Virus record (IMG/VR): IMGVR_UViG_3300036770_006330
Length of the DNA: 64,000 bases
Reading direction: 5' to 3' (one strand)
Origin: a virus
A program made the translations under genes and the position numbers. How positions within the stretch are numbered: the first letter of the stretch is position 1; each line of letters starts with the position of its first letter. The notes beneath the pieces are model-generated. The model was not told the origin of the DNA. It did not search any database and saw only the letters and a program-made list of their open reading frames with translations. Below, piece after piece: positions 55,228 through 62,177 of the stretch.

Positions 55228-55433
55228 TCTTCGTCTTTTGAGGAGCCCCTACGAGGCTTCTTTTTGCCCACTGGACCATGAAGGTCATGAGTGCGCAATG
55301 GATGCCCAAGCGGCAGACGGCTACGCTTCTTGCCAGCCTTGGTTCCAGGAATAATTTCAACTTGCTTGGTCAAAGGATTAATGCGCTCACGTTGCTGCGC
55401 ACCACGCTTAACTGACTTATTTTTCTTACCCAT
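55224..55433 (-). CDS. Small basic hypothetical protein
   Basis: Lys/Arg-rich, 69 aa, converges on the previous gene. Confidence 0.5.
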   Translation of the reverse strand: MGKKNKSVKRGAQQRERINPLTKQVEIIPGTKAGKKRSRLPLGHPLRTHDLHGPVGKKKPRRGSSKDED

Positions 55434-55479
55434 TGGATGTAATCCTATTGGGTATTAGCTATTTATAAATGTAAATAGC

Positions 55480-55704
55480 TTATTTTGTGTAACTGTCGCG
55501 CCATTTCGATGGGGAGTGAGCGTCCTCGATGGCCTTCTTGTGGGGTTCGTCTTGATATAGGCGAATCATGTGCACACAGGGGTCGCCTGACTCAAACTCT
55601 TCGCTTTCCTCGTCACTCATCGGAAAGCCATCATGTGTGTAGCAAACTGGCGGCCCACACCAGCCATTTTCAATGCCAATTTTCATCCATGTGTCAAAGT
55701 CCAT
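55480..55704 (-). CDS. Small Cys/His-containing hypothetical protein
   Basis: GGAGG RBS before ATG 55704 (MDFDTWMKIG); WCGPPVCYTHDG...DPCVHMIR. Confidence 0.6.
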   Translation of the reverse strand: MDFDTWMKIGIENGWCGPPVCYTHDGFPMSDEESEEFESGDPCVHMIRLYQDEPHKKAIEDAHSPSKWRDSYTK

Positions 55705-56215
55705 CGCATCCTCCGTCGGTGAAAAATACAGCTGACATGTATTTGAAGCCATCTGTGATTGGCGTAACCGAATGTGCATAGTCCCAACTGGAGGGGAACA
55801 TGATTAATTGGCCAGCCATTGGCCTCATGCTAACCCCTATTCGGTCAAAGTTCAACTCCCCGCCGCAGTAGTCGTCATTGAGGTAAATCAATGCGGAGTA
55901 AGTAATTCCGTTTAAGCCATCGTTCTCACCCTTGTCCGAGCAGTCGGCATGTGTCGTGACAATTGAGCCAGGTTCGTATTTTCTCAGGTAGGAGCGGAAT
56001 TCGCGAATTGGGAGACTGTTCCGCTCAGAAGCCTTCTGGATAAGTCTTTCGGATATCACCTGCCTCAGCGTGGGGCTTGAATCGTAAGAAACGATATCCC
56101 CACCGGAAGCAATCCATCGCGCACGCTCAGCCATCGCATTAACTTCATTGATTATCTTGCGACACTCACTTTCAGAAAGAAAATCCTCAATAACGATGAT
56201 ATTTTCTGCGGTCAT
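55694..56215 (-). CDS. 2OG-Fe(II) oxygenase (prolyl-4-hydroxylase-like)
   Basis: HAD...YLNDDYCGGEL...FPS...HSV...G.KY. Confidence 0.9.
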   Translation of the reverse strand: MTAENIIVIEDFLSESECRKIINEVNAMAERARWIASGGDIVSYDSSPTLRQVISERLIQKASERNSLPIREFRSYLRKYEPGSIVTTHADCSDKGENDGLNGITYSALIYLNDDYCGGELNFDRIGVSMRPMAGQLIMFPSSWDYAHSVTPITDGFKYMSAVFFTDGGCDGL

Positions 56216-56820
56216 CTTGTGAAATGGATTGTCAGGGAGTGTCTTTTGCCATTATTCTCATCACCCCTGTGTAGGGTATGGCCATGCCACAGCATGACGC
56301 TCCCAGAAGAGTGCTGAAATTGAACTGGGGGCACACCCTTGGCAGAGACCATACCCCTGTAGTACTCGTAGCAGTCTTCCTCGCGCGTACGTATATTTGT
56401 TTCATTAATCATGGACTCGTCTACCTGCCATAGATGAGAACCGGGAATATATTCGAACTGGCCCGCATCTGCTTCAGCGTCTTCAAGTGCGATAATGACC
56501 CCAAGATAGCTGTTTGCAGCATCTTTGTCATTCGAGTTGCAGTCCCTGTGCCAGTAGATGCGCGAAGAGTGTGTCCTTGCTTCTGCAAGCATTGGCGAGA
56601 AGCCGCTCCCGGCGCGTAGCACCAGCTCGCAAACTGCTTCGCTATTTATAATCGCCATGATTTCTTGGCTGTCTTTGTACTCATCCCTAGACGGCAGATA
56701 AGAGTGCTGGCTCGCATTGCCCTCAAACAACGGTCCATATCTGGCAAGGTACGCCAAAATGAGATGCTCTGGCACCCTATTTTCCGTGTGCATTGCACCG
56801 TCTATTTCGTAATTCACCAC
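56212..56820 (-). CDS. PhyH-family 2OG-Fe(II) dioxygenase
   Basis: WHRD...IALED...G...IPGSH...HG.TLHRG..N...R.SL. Confidence 0.88.
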   Translation of the reverse strand: MVNYEIDGAMHTENRVPEHLILAYLARYGPLFEGNASQHSYLPSRDEYKDSQEIMAIINSEAVCELVLRAGSGFSPMLAEARTHSSRIYWHRDCNSNDKDAANSYLGVIIALEDAEADAGQFEYIPGSHLWQVDESMINETNIRTREEDCYEYYRGMVSAKGVPPVQFQHSSGSVMLWHGHTLHRGDENNGKRHSLTIHFTR

Positions 56821-56830
56821 ACCATTTTAG

Positions 56831-56903
56831 TGGGCCGTGTAGGGATTGAACCTACGACCAAGCGATTATGAGTCGCCTGCTCTGACCACTGAGCTAACGG
56901 CCC
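56831..56903 (-). tRNA. tRNA-Ile2 (CAU, lysidine-type; reads AUA)
   Basis: GGGCCGTTAGCTCAGTGGTCAGAGCAGGCGACTCATAATCGCTTGGTCGTAGGTTCAATCCCTACACGGCCCA; full cloverleaf; D and anticodon arms closely match enterobacterial tRNA-Ile2; lacks initiator features; no encoded CCA. Confidence 0.9.
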
Positions 56904-57480
56904 CTTTTTGATACCACCATGAGACCAAAGAGTAACGAGTTTTCGTACCCAATACAACTTCCACACCGTGTAAATGGCCGGCCGAAGGCCAGGCAATCAG
57001 GTCTCCAGCATTAAGGCGTGTGGATACCCCGTATTCTGGAAAAACGAAATTTCCGCCCTCATAGTCATCGTTCAGAACCACAATTGTGGAGATAAGCGAC
57101 GGTAGTTTTGCATCATCGTCGATTGTTGTTCGACCCACAGACTTAACCCTTGCATCAGTATTTGCGTCGGTGTGAATATTGTGCGATTGTCCTGGGTGTT
57201 GCATTTTGAGCAGAGAGTTCTGCAGATAAAAAGTATCTTGTATTTCGTAGCTCGGGAACAGGTCAACTACCGCTAAATGAATGCTGTCCAGGCATTCCCC
57301 TAGCGGCAACACAGCAGAAAAGTCGTTCACAATTTCAAATGGAGTTCCCCCATTGCTTTCCTCTGGTTTGATGGACTTAACTTTTAATGCCGAATCAAGG
57401 ACGCTTAAACAGGTTTGTTTCGTAAGAAATTCACGTATTATGACGATGTCGCCAGAAAACCACTCAGATTTACTTGCCAC
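56866..57480 (-). CDS. 2OG-Fe(II) oxygenase whose 3' end overlaps tRNA-Ile2
   Basis: HTD...LNDDYEGGNF...WPS..HLHGV....RYSL; start re-assigned to GTG 57480. Confidence 0.85.
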   Translation of the reverse strand: MASKSEWFSGDIVIIREFLTKQTCLSVLDSALKVKSIKPEESNGGTPFEIVNDFSAVLPLGECLDSIHLAVVDLFPSYEIQDTFYLQNSLLKMQHPGQSHNIHTDANTDARVKSVGRTTIDDDAKLPSLISTIVVLNDDYEGGNFVFPEYGVSTRLNAGDLIAWPSAGHLHGVEVVLGTKTRYSLVSWWYQKGAVSSVVRAGDS

Positions 57481-57667
57481 GGAAGTCCTTCCACCTATCC
57501 AGGGCATCATCGAAGCCGTGTTGACCGCCAGTCTCAGCCAGGGCGTCACCAACATCACGGAGCACCTGGTTCTCTTTGCGCAATCGCTCAATTTCGTCTG
57601 CTGCCTCACCGCAGATGATTGAATTAATTCGCTGCCAGCGCAGCCGCTCAACGATATCTTCAATCAT
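57470..57667 (-). CDS. Small hypothetical protein (DIVERLR...EAADEIERLR type)
   Basis: ATG 57667 overlaps the upstream stop; common small phage protein pattern. Confidence 0.6.
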   Translation of the reverse strand: MIEDIVERLRWQRINSIICGEAADEIERLRKENQVLRDVGDALAETGGQHGFDDALDRWKDFRGK

Positions 57668-57942
57668 TCCGGTAATTTGCTCATTTGCGGCTTGAAGTAG
57701 CTGCCGTATTTTTCCCAATACAAAACAATGGATGGCTCGAGCATGTCTCGCCAGGATTCTTCGTGCGCTGAGCCAGACATAAGCCAACCCACGCCCTCAC
57801 TGGAGAGGATGGAGTGAGCAAGGCGAACTTGCTCTTGAAGTTTTTCAATCGTTTCTGCTGCTTGTGCCATGGTGCTGTAAATGTCCTCAGCCGAATCAGA
57901 CACGGTATGTGTACGCAGTCGAGAAATCAATTCAAAAGTCAT
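57664..57942 (-). CDS. Small hypothetical protein
   Basis: AAGGAG RBS; ELISRLR...QAAETIEKLQ resembles its downstream neighbour. Confidence 0.6.
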   Translation of the reverse strand: MTFELISRLRTHTVSDSAEDIYSTMAQAAETIEKLQEQVRLAHSILSSEGVGWLMSGSAHEESWRDMLEPSIVLYWEKYGSYFKPQMSKLPE

Positions 57943-57956
57943 ATTTGCTCCTTTTG

Positions 57957-58028
57957 TGGGCGCTGAGGGTCTCGAACCCCCGACCTACTCGGTGTAAACG
58001 AGGTGCTCTACCACTGAGCTAAGCGCCC
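57957..58028 (-). tRNA. tRNA-Val (UAC)
   Basis: GGGCGCTTAGCTCAGTGGTAGAGCACCTCGTTTACACCGAGTAGGTCGGGGGTTCGAGACCCTCAGCGCCCA; cloverleaf with TAC anticodon. Confidence 0.92.
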
Positions 58029-58036
58029 GAAACCAA

Positions 58037-58210
58037 TTATTTCTTCTTTAGTGTTGCGCACTTCCAGCAGGTTGTGCTGAAAATTATCTCATTGTCAAGT
58101 TCAACCATGCTGATAACGCCACCAATTCGCTTGCCATCTTCGGCAATCATGGACTTATTGCAATCCGTGCACGTATTGGTGAACGTTGTCTTTGTCTCTT
58201 CGCGCGTCAT
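58037..58210 (-). CDS. 57-aa CxxC...CxxC zinc-ribbon protein
   Basis: Not in the ORF track; GAGGA RBS; MTREETK...CTDC...CWKCATLKKK. Confidence 0.6.
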   Translation of the reverse strand: MTREETKTTFTNTCTDCNKSMIAEDGKRIGGVISMVELDNEIIFSTTCWKCATLKKK

Positions 58211-58218
58211 TTTTCCTC

Positions 58219-58401
58219 TCAGAATCCAGCTACTCGCTTCTCGAATTCACGAATGTTGAACTTTGGGTTTTGCTCTTGAATTCCCAATGCTACTGCACGG
58301 ACAACTTTCATGATGACGGCATATTTTGCTGGGTCATCGTGGTTGTCGCGTGCCATGTCCTTGAGGTGGCGCACCAACGAATTGATGTCGCGGTTGAGCA
58401 C
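58219..58401 (-). CDS. Small hypothetical protein
   Basis: Coupled to the upstream gene; C-terminal NPKFN..EF pattern. Confidence 0.5.
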   Translation of the reverse strand: MLNRDINSLVRHLKDMARDNHDDPAKYAVIMKVVRAVALGIQEQNPKFNIREFEKRVAGF

Positions 58402-58640
58402 TAGTTCTGCTCGTCGGTGGTCTTCAACTCGGCAAGCTCGCGCTGGTAGAGGTCGTCAAACTCGTCTTTGTAGGTTTTCTGGAGGATGATGGAGGCGCGG
58501 CGGCGCGCTTCCTGACGCTGGCGGTTGGCAATCTTTGCCTTCTCTTCGCGCTCCTTCACTTCTTGCTTCGACAGCTTCTTCTTGCTGCGTCCACGGCTGA
58601 TGATTCCAGCCGCTTTCATTTGCTCATACTTGCTAGTCAT
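58401..58640 (-). CDS. Small basic hypothetical protein
   Basis: GAAAGGA RBS, 79 aa. Confidence 0.6.
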   Translation of the reverse strand: MTSKYEQMKAAGIISRGRSKKKLSKQEVKEREEKAKIANRQRQEARRRASIILQKTYKDEFDDLYQRELAELKTTDEQN

Positions 58641-58836
58641 GGGTATTCCTTTCGGTAGGTGTGTTATCTAGCAGTAGACAACCTAGCCAGTGGCTACGAG
58701 GATTGCAACTTTTTCTGGATAAATTTATTTCGAACGGTAGCCCTGATATTTATTGGGTTTTAGCCCTATTGTGACGAACGGCACTCTTAATCACTGACTT
58801 GTCTAATCGCAAAATGCCAGATAAATTTAAACAGAC

Positions 58837-59301
58837 ATGAGCAAGCACTTCGATATTCCAGGCCGGGTCTTTGACTTTCCTGCCGATTTGGCCTATGGTG
58901 AGCAAGGGGAAGAACTGGTTCGCCAGTTCCTATCAAGCATCTCCGGTGCCGACTTCGAAGTAAAAAGCGACCGCTACCGCAACGGCCGAATGGTCGTAGA
59001 AACAGACCAGAATCCAAAGGCCGCAAAAGACTCAACTGGCGCTCCGCTGTGGTTCAAAAGCGGTATCAATGTCACAACGGCTAAATGGTGGGTGTATATC
59101 TACTCACCAGAAGGCGCATTCGTCGTAGTGGATGTACAGCGCCTGAAGCGCTACTTGCGAGCCAACTCCCACCGCTTCAATGAGGGTACGAAGATTTCCC
59201 TCGGCGGCGCAGATAATCCAGCCAGAGGATTTCTGCTCATGCCAGAAGATGTGATGGAAATGCTCTACGACAAACAATACGACAAAAAGGAAACACAATG
59301 A
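58837..59301 (+). CDS. PD-(D/E)xK-like nuclease-fold protein
   Basis: DL.YG..GE.LV...FEVKSD...G...VE...SGI..T.A.WW.Y pattern of a common phage nuclease family. Confidence 0.6.
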   Translation: MSKHFDIPGRVFDFPADLAYGEQGEELVRQFLSSISGADFEVKSDRYRNGRMVVETDQNPKAAKDSTGAPLWFKSGINVTTAKWWVYIYSPEGAFVVVDVQRLKRYLRANSHRFNEGTKISLGGADNPARGFLLMPEDVMEMLYDKQYDKKETQ

Positions 59302-59549
59302 CAAACGACGAAGCACTCCGCAAGTACCTAGGAATCGGGTTCGAAGACCTCGATGCACAAAAAGTCACCCAATGTCTGGTTGACGCATTCGTTTACCACG
59401 AAGGAATGGCAGACCTCTCGCTAAACACCATCAATAACAAATCGGCGAGTCCGGCAAGCACTGGCATTCTCTGGGATGCCTTCGAAACCAATAACGCACT
59501 TGCCTATGCCATGCGTGACATCTTGCTCAAGGGTTCAGAGAAGGAATAA
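59298..59549 (+). CDS. Hypothetical protein
   Basis: AAGGA RBS, ATGA coupling. Confidence 0.6.
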   Translation: MTNDEALRKYLGIGFEDLDAQKVTQCLVDAFVYHEGMADLSLNTINNKSASPASTGILWDAFETNNALAYAMRDILLKGSEKE

Positions 59550-59767
59550 TGGCCTTTTCGCCGAATCCCAAACGGGTAAATGTCACGATTCGCAATGTGC
59601 TGAATTGGTTCAAAGACGGCGAACGCTGCGTCATGCATAACAACGTCATCCCGCTTCAAGTAACTCGAATAAATCTATCCGAGGGCGACCTCGACGATTT
59701 AATTTTGCGGGGTGGGGGCAAGTATCCGCTCAACGGCGGCAATGACGTCATGCACGACAAACAGTAA
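59549..59767 (+). CDS. Hypothetical protein
   Basis: AAGGA RBS, TAATG coupling. Confidence 0.55.
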   Translation: MAFSPNPKRVNVTIRNVLNWFKDGERCVMHNNVIPLQVTRINLSEGDLDDLILRGGGKYPLNGGNDVMHDKQ

Positions 59768-60199
59768 GTCCTCGAAGAACAATTCCGGACTGCCGGATTT
59801 CCCGGCGCGGCTTGAATAAAAACTCTCGTAAGGCAAAGGTGGATTATCCCCAGAGTGGTGAGCACAGGCAGTAAAGAACCAACGACGGTCATCTTGTCGC
59901 AATCGCCCAGGGGCACCACACTTTTCACAAATAAACATCGAGGCAGTAGAAAAGCGAAGCACCACCTGGTCCAACTCTACCTGTTTGTTCTCATCTGAAG
60001 CGGAAAGATATACACGAAGTGCACCAAACTTCTCCTTCACCTGATAGAGACGATAATTCTCGTCAATCGAACACAGACGAAAGTGAAGAGCGAGCAGCAA
60101 TCCTGTCCAGCCCTCACCAACGGAAAGTACCGGAGGCCAAGGGTCAACAAAGCGTGACCTCATCTCGACGATGTCGGGGGATTCTGTAAAGCGACTCAT
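59699..60199 (-). CDS. Conserved phage hypothetical protein (QVKEKFG.LR.Y ... CE.CG..G ... C..H family)
   Basis: GEGW..L, QVKEKFGALRVY, ICEKCGAPG, TACAHH. Confidence 0.7.
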   Translation of the reverse strand: MSRFTESPDIVEMRSRFVDPWPPVLSVGEGWTGLLLALHFRLCSIDENYRLYQVKEKFGALRVYLSASDENKQVELDQVVLRFSTASMFICEKCGAPGRLRQDDRRWFFTACAHHSGDNPPLPYESFYSSRAGKSGSPELFFEDLLFVVHDVIAAVERILAPTPQN

Positions 60200-60455
60200 T
60201 CCAGCAGCATATCGGATAAATCTATCCGGGAAATGATGGGTGAAAAATTCTTCTCCCGTCCCCCCACCCCCACCGGGGTACGCGGAAAAGTTTGGTATCG
60301 GGACTCGCGAGACCAGAACAGGCGCCCCACCCTCGACTAATTAATTTGCTGCTTTACACAATTCAAATCAGCCCAATCAAAACGCAATCTGCAATAGCGT
60401 TACTACTCGTCTGTTTTTATACAAACGTCAAAGTGTTTCTCTTCCTTGACAATCG

Positions 60456-61127
60456 TTAATCAAAGAGCTGACAGAAGAACCCCGCATTGTAGAGACCTGT
60501 GCTCAGAGTCTCATAATATGTCGCAGCGTCAAATATGTCGTTATCAGGCTCAGGCTCAATTGTCGTCAGCACTCTGTGAAACATGTTTGGATACATGCCG
60601 TTCTGGTCGCGCACCATAGATGAACCCGGATGATATTGCTCGTCATCCCACACCACTGCTCGTGGCACGTCATAGTGGTAAGGCTTAATCACGAACGTGA
60701 CATAACCGTCTTCCACGTGAGCCACAGTTAGGCATTCACTTACGCCACTATTGGGGTCAAGGAACGCATGCTTGAGCTCCATACCTTTGGTCTTCTCAGG
60801 GTCCTGACTGAAGTACCCCTCTGATATCAGCGTGACTGCATCGATGCCCCAACCCTTACGGGTGACAGCGAGAGCATCTGTCACCGCACTGAACCTATCT
60901 CTTTGGTTCAGCTTCTGTATGTCGTTCCTCAACTGGAGCATCACCCTGAGCCTGTTTGCACGCCATAGGAACAGGTTCATCGACAGGTCCTCGCCTATGC
61001 CGAACTCTTTGACGCTGTCGTTCTTGGCCTCGACGCCTGACATCAAGGCGAGCCCTATCTTGTCAAGACGATTATCGAAATCAGATAACTGCACACCCAA
61101 ACATACCAAAGCATTAGCTTCCGCCAT
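60456..61127 (-). CDS. Hypothetical protein
   Basis: 223-aa ORF with protein-like composition; start uncertain. Confidence 0.65.
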   Translation of the reverse strand: MAEANALVCLGVQLSDFDNRLDKIGLALMSGVEAKNDSVKEFGIGEDLSMNLFLWRANRLRVMLQLRNDIQKLNQRDRFSAVTDALAVTRKGWGIDAVTLISEGYFSQDPEKTKGMELKHAFLDPNSGVSECLTVAHVEDGYVTFVIKPYHYDVPRAVVWDDEQYHPGSSMVRDQNGMYPNMFHRVLTTIEPEPDNDIFDAATYYETLSTGLYNAGFFCQLFD

Positions 61128-61158
61128 AAGTGCCTACGGGTGTACTAGCGTCTTCTAC

Positions 61159-61395
61159 ATGACAGCAAAGAAGCCAACCAAGAAAACAACCAAGAAGACA
61201 GCGCCGAAGAAGAAGGCGCCAGCAAAGAAGGCTGCTCCCAAGAGCAAGCCGAAGGCTGAAGCAGTAGTCAATGAAAAGCTTGCAACACTGGCAACGCCAG
61301 TTGTCGAAGAGCCAAAGCATGGCACTGTGATTTACGCCGCAGACGTAAAGAAGCCTTCTACCAAGAAGAAGTTCTTTGCCTGGTTCCGACGTTAA
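61159..61395 (+). CDS. Histone H1-like Lys/Ala/Pro-rich small protein
   Basis: MTAKKPTKKTTKKTAPKKKAPAKKAAPK; start re-assigned to ATG 61159. Confidence 0.65.
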   Translation: MTAKKPTKKTTKKTAPKKKAPAKKAAPKSKPKAEAVVNEKLATLATPVVEEPKHGTVIYAADVKKPSTKKKFFAWFRR

Positions 61396-61739
61396 TCTTC
61401 GTCGTCAGGAATTTCGTGCTTTAGCTTGTCGCGAGCGGCAAGCAAGTAAATCGCATTCTCGCCAAGTGGCGTAATGCGCCAAGCACCCTCATATACCTCT
61501 TGAGCGAATCCACGCTTTGTGAGAGTCTTGAGAATTCGACCAGCCTCGACTGGACCCTTGAAGAATGCAGGAAACATCTTGCGTGTCTGTAAAGCCGTTA
61601 CGGGCTTACCTCGCATCATCTTTAGGTAGCAGAGCACAGAGCGTGTTGATGATGGCCCACGCTTCATGAAGGAGATGCTTGAGTACTCCTTCCACTTGGA
61701 GGGGTCCTTGATTACGTACACTCGCTTAGTTGCTGGCAT
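61392..61739 (-). CDS. Winged-helix DNA-binding protein
   Basis: RILKTLTKRGFA......WRITPLG wHTH ending; start re-assigned to ATG 61739. Confidence 0.55.
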   Translation of the reverse strand: MPATKRVYVIKDPSKWKEYSSISFMKRGPSSTRSVLCYLKMMRGKPVTALQTRKMFPAFFKGPVEAGRILKTLTKRGFAQEVYEGAWRITPLGENAIYLLAARDKLKHEIPDDED

Positions 61740-61792
61740 GTATTGCAGCATATCGACAGCACACATGTTTTCCACAGGTGTAAAATAGTTAT

Positions 61793-62110
61793 ATGTCTGA
61801 TGCCTTTTATACAAATGACAGAGTATTTGGCGACATCCCAATACTTCGAGCAGACAGAGAACCCTGCCTCGTCTGTGGACATCCTACGGGTGACTGTACG
61901 CCAGATGACCACAATCCACAAGATATTCACATTGACCTATCTGACAGCAGACTCGAGTCGCTGAAAAATGAAAAACTCATCTATGTTGACGAAACTATTT
62001 ACGGCGAACGACAGATAACTCCGTTTACTACTGCTAAGGTAATCCTTGCGAGAGCAGGAACGTACGTCACAGTTGACAAAGCAAGGGAACTTGGCATAAA
62101 AGTCAACTAG
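61793..62110 (+). CDS. Hypothetical protein (CxxCGHPTGDC motif)
   Basis: 105 aa with a leaderless-type -10 upstream. Confidence 0.6.
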   Translation: MSDAFYTNDRVFGDIPILRADREPCLVCGHPTGDCTPDDHNPQDIHIDLSDSRLESLKNEKLIYVDETIYGERQITPFTTAKVILARAGTYVTVDKARELGIKVN

Positions 62111-62177
62111 ACGCATCACTTTTGCGTCTCGTGTAAAATTGAAGTTTCCATCCAAGTCCTACAGAAAGAATAAAGAC

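Noticed and set aside
56831-56903. tRNA-Met or initiator tRNA assignment for the CAU tRNA
   Set aside because: The 1-72 pair is intact and the three consecutive G-C anticodon-stem pairs of initiators are absent; the arms match Ile2. Elongator Met is less likely but not strictly excluded.
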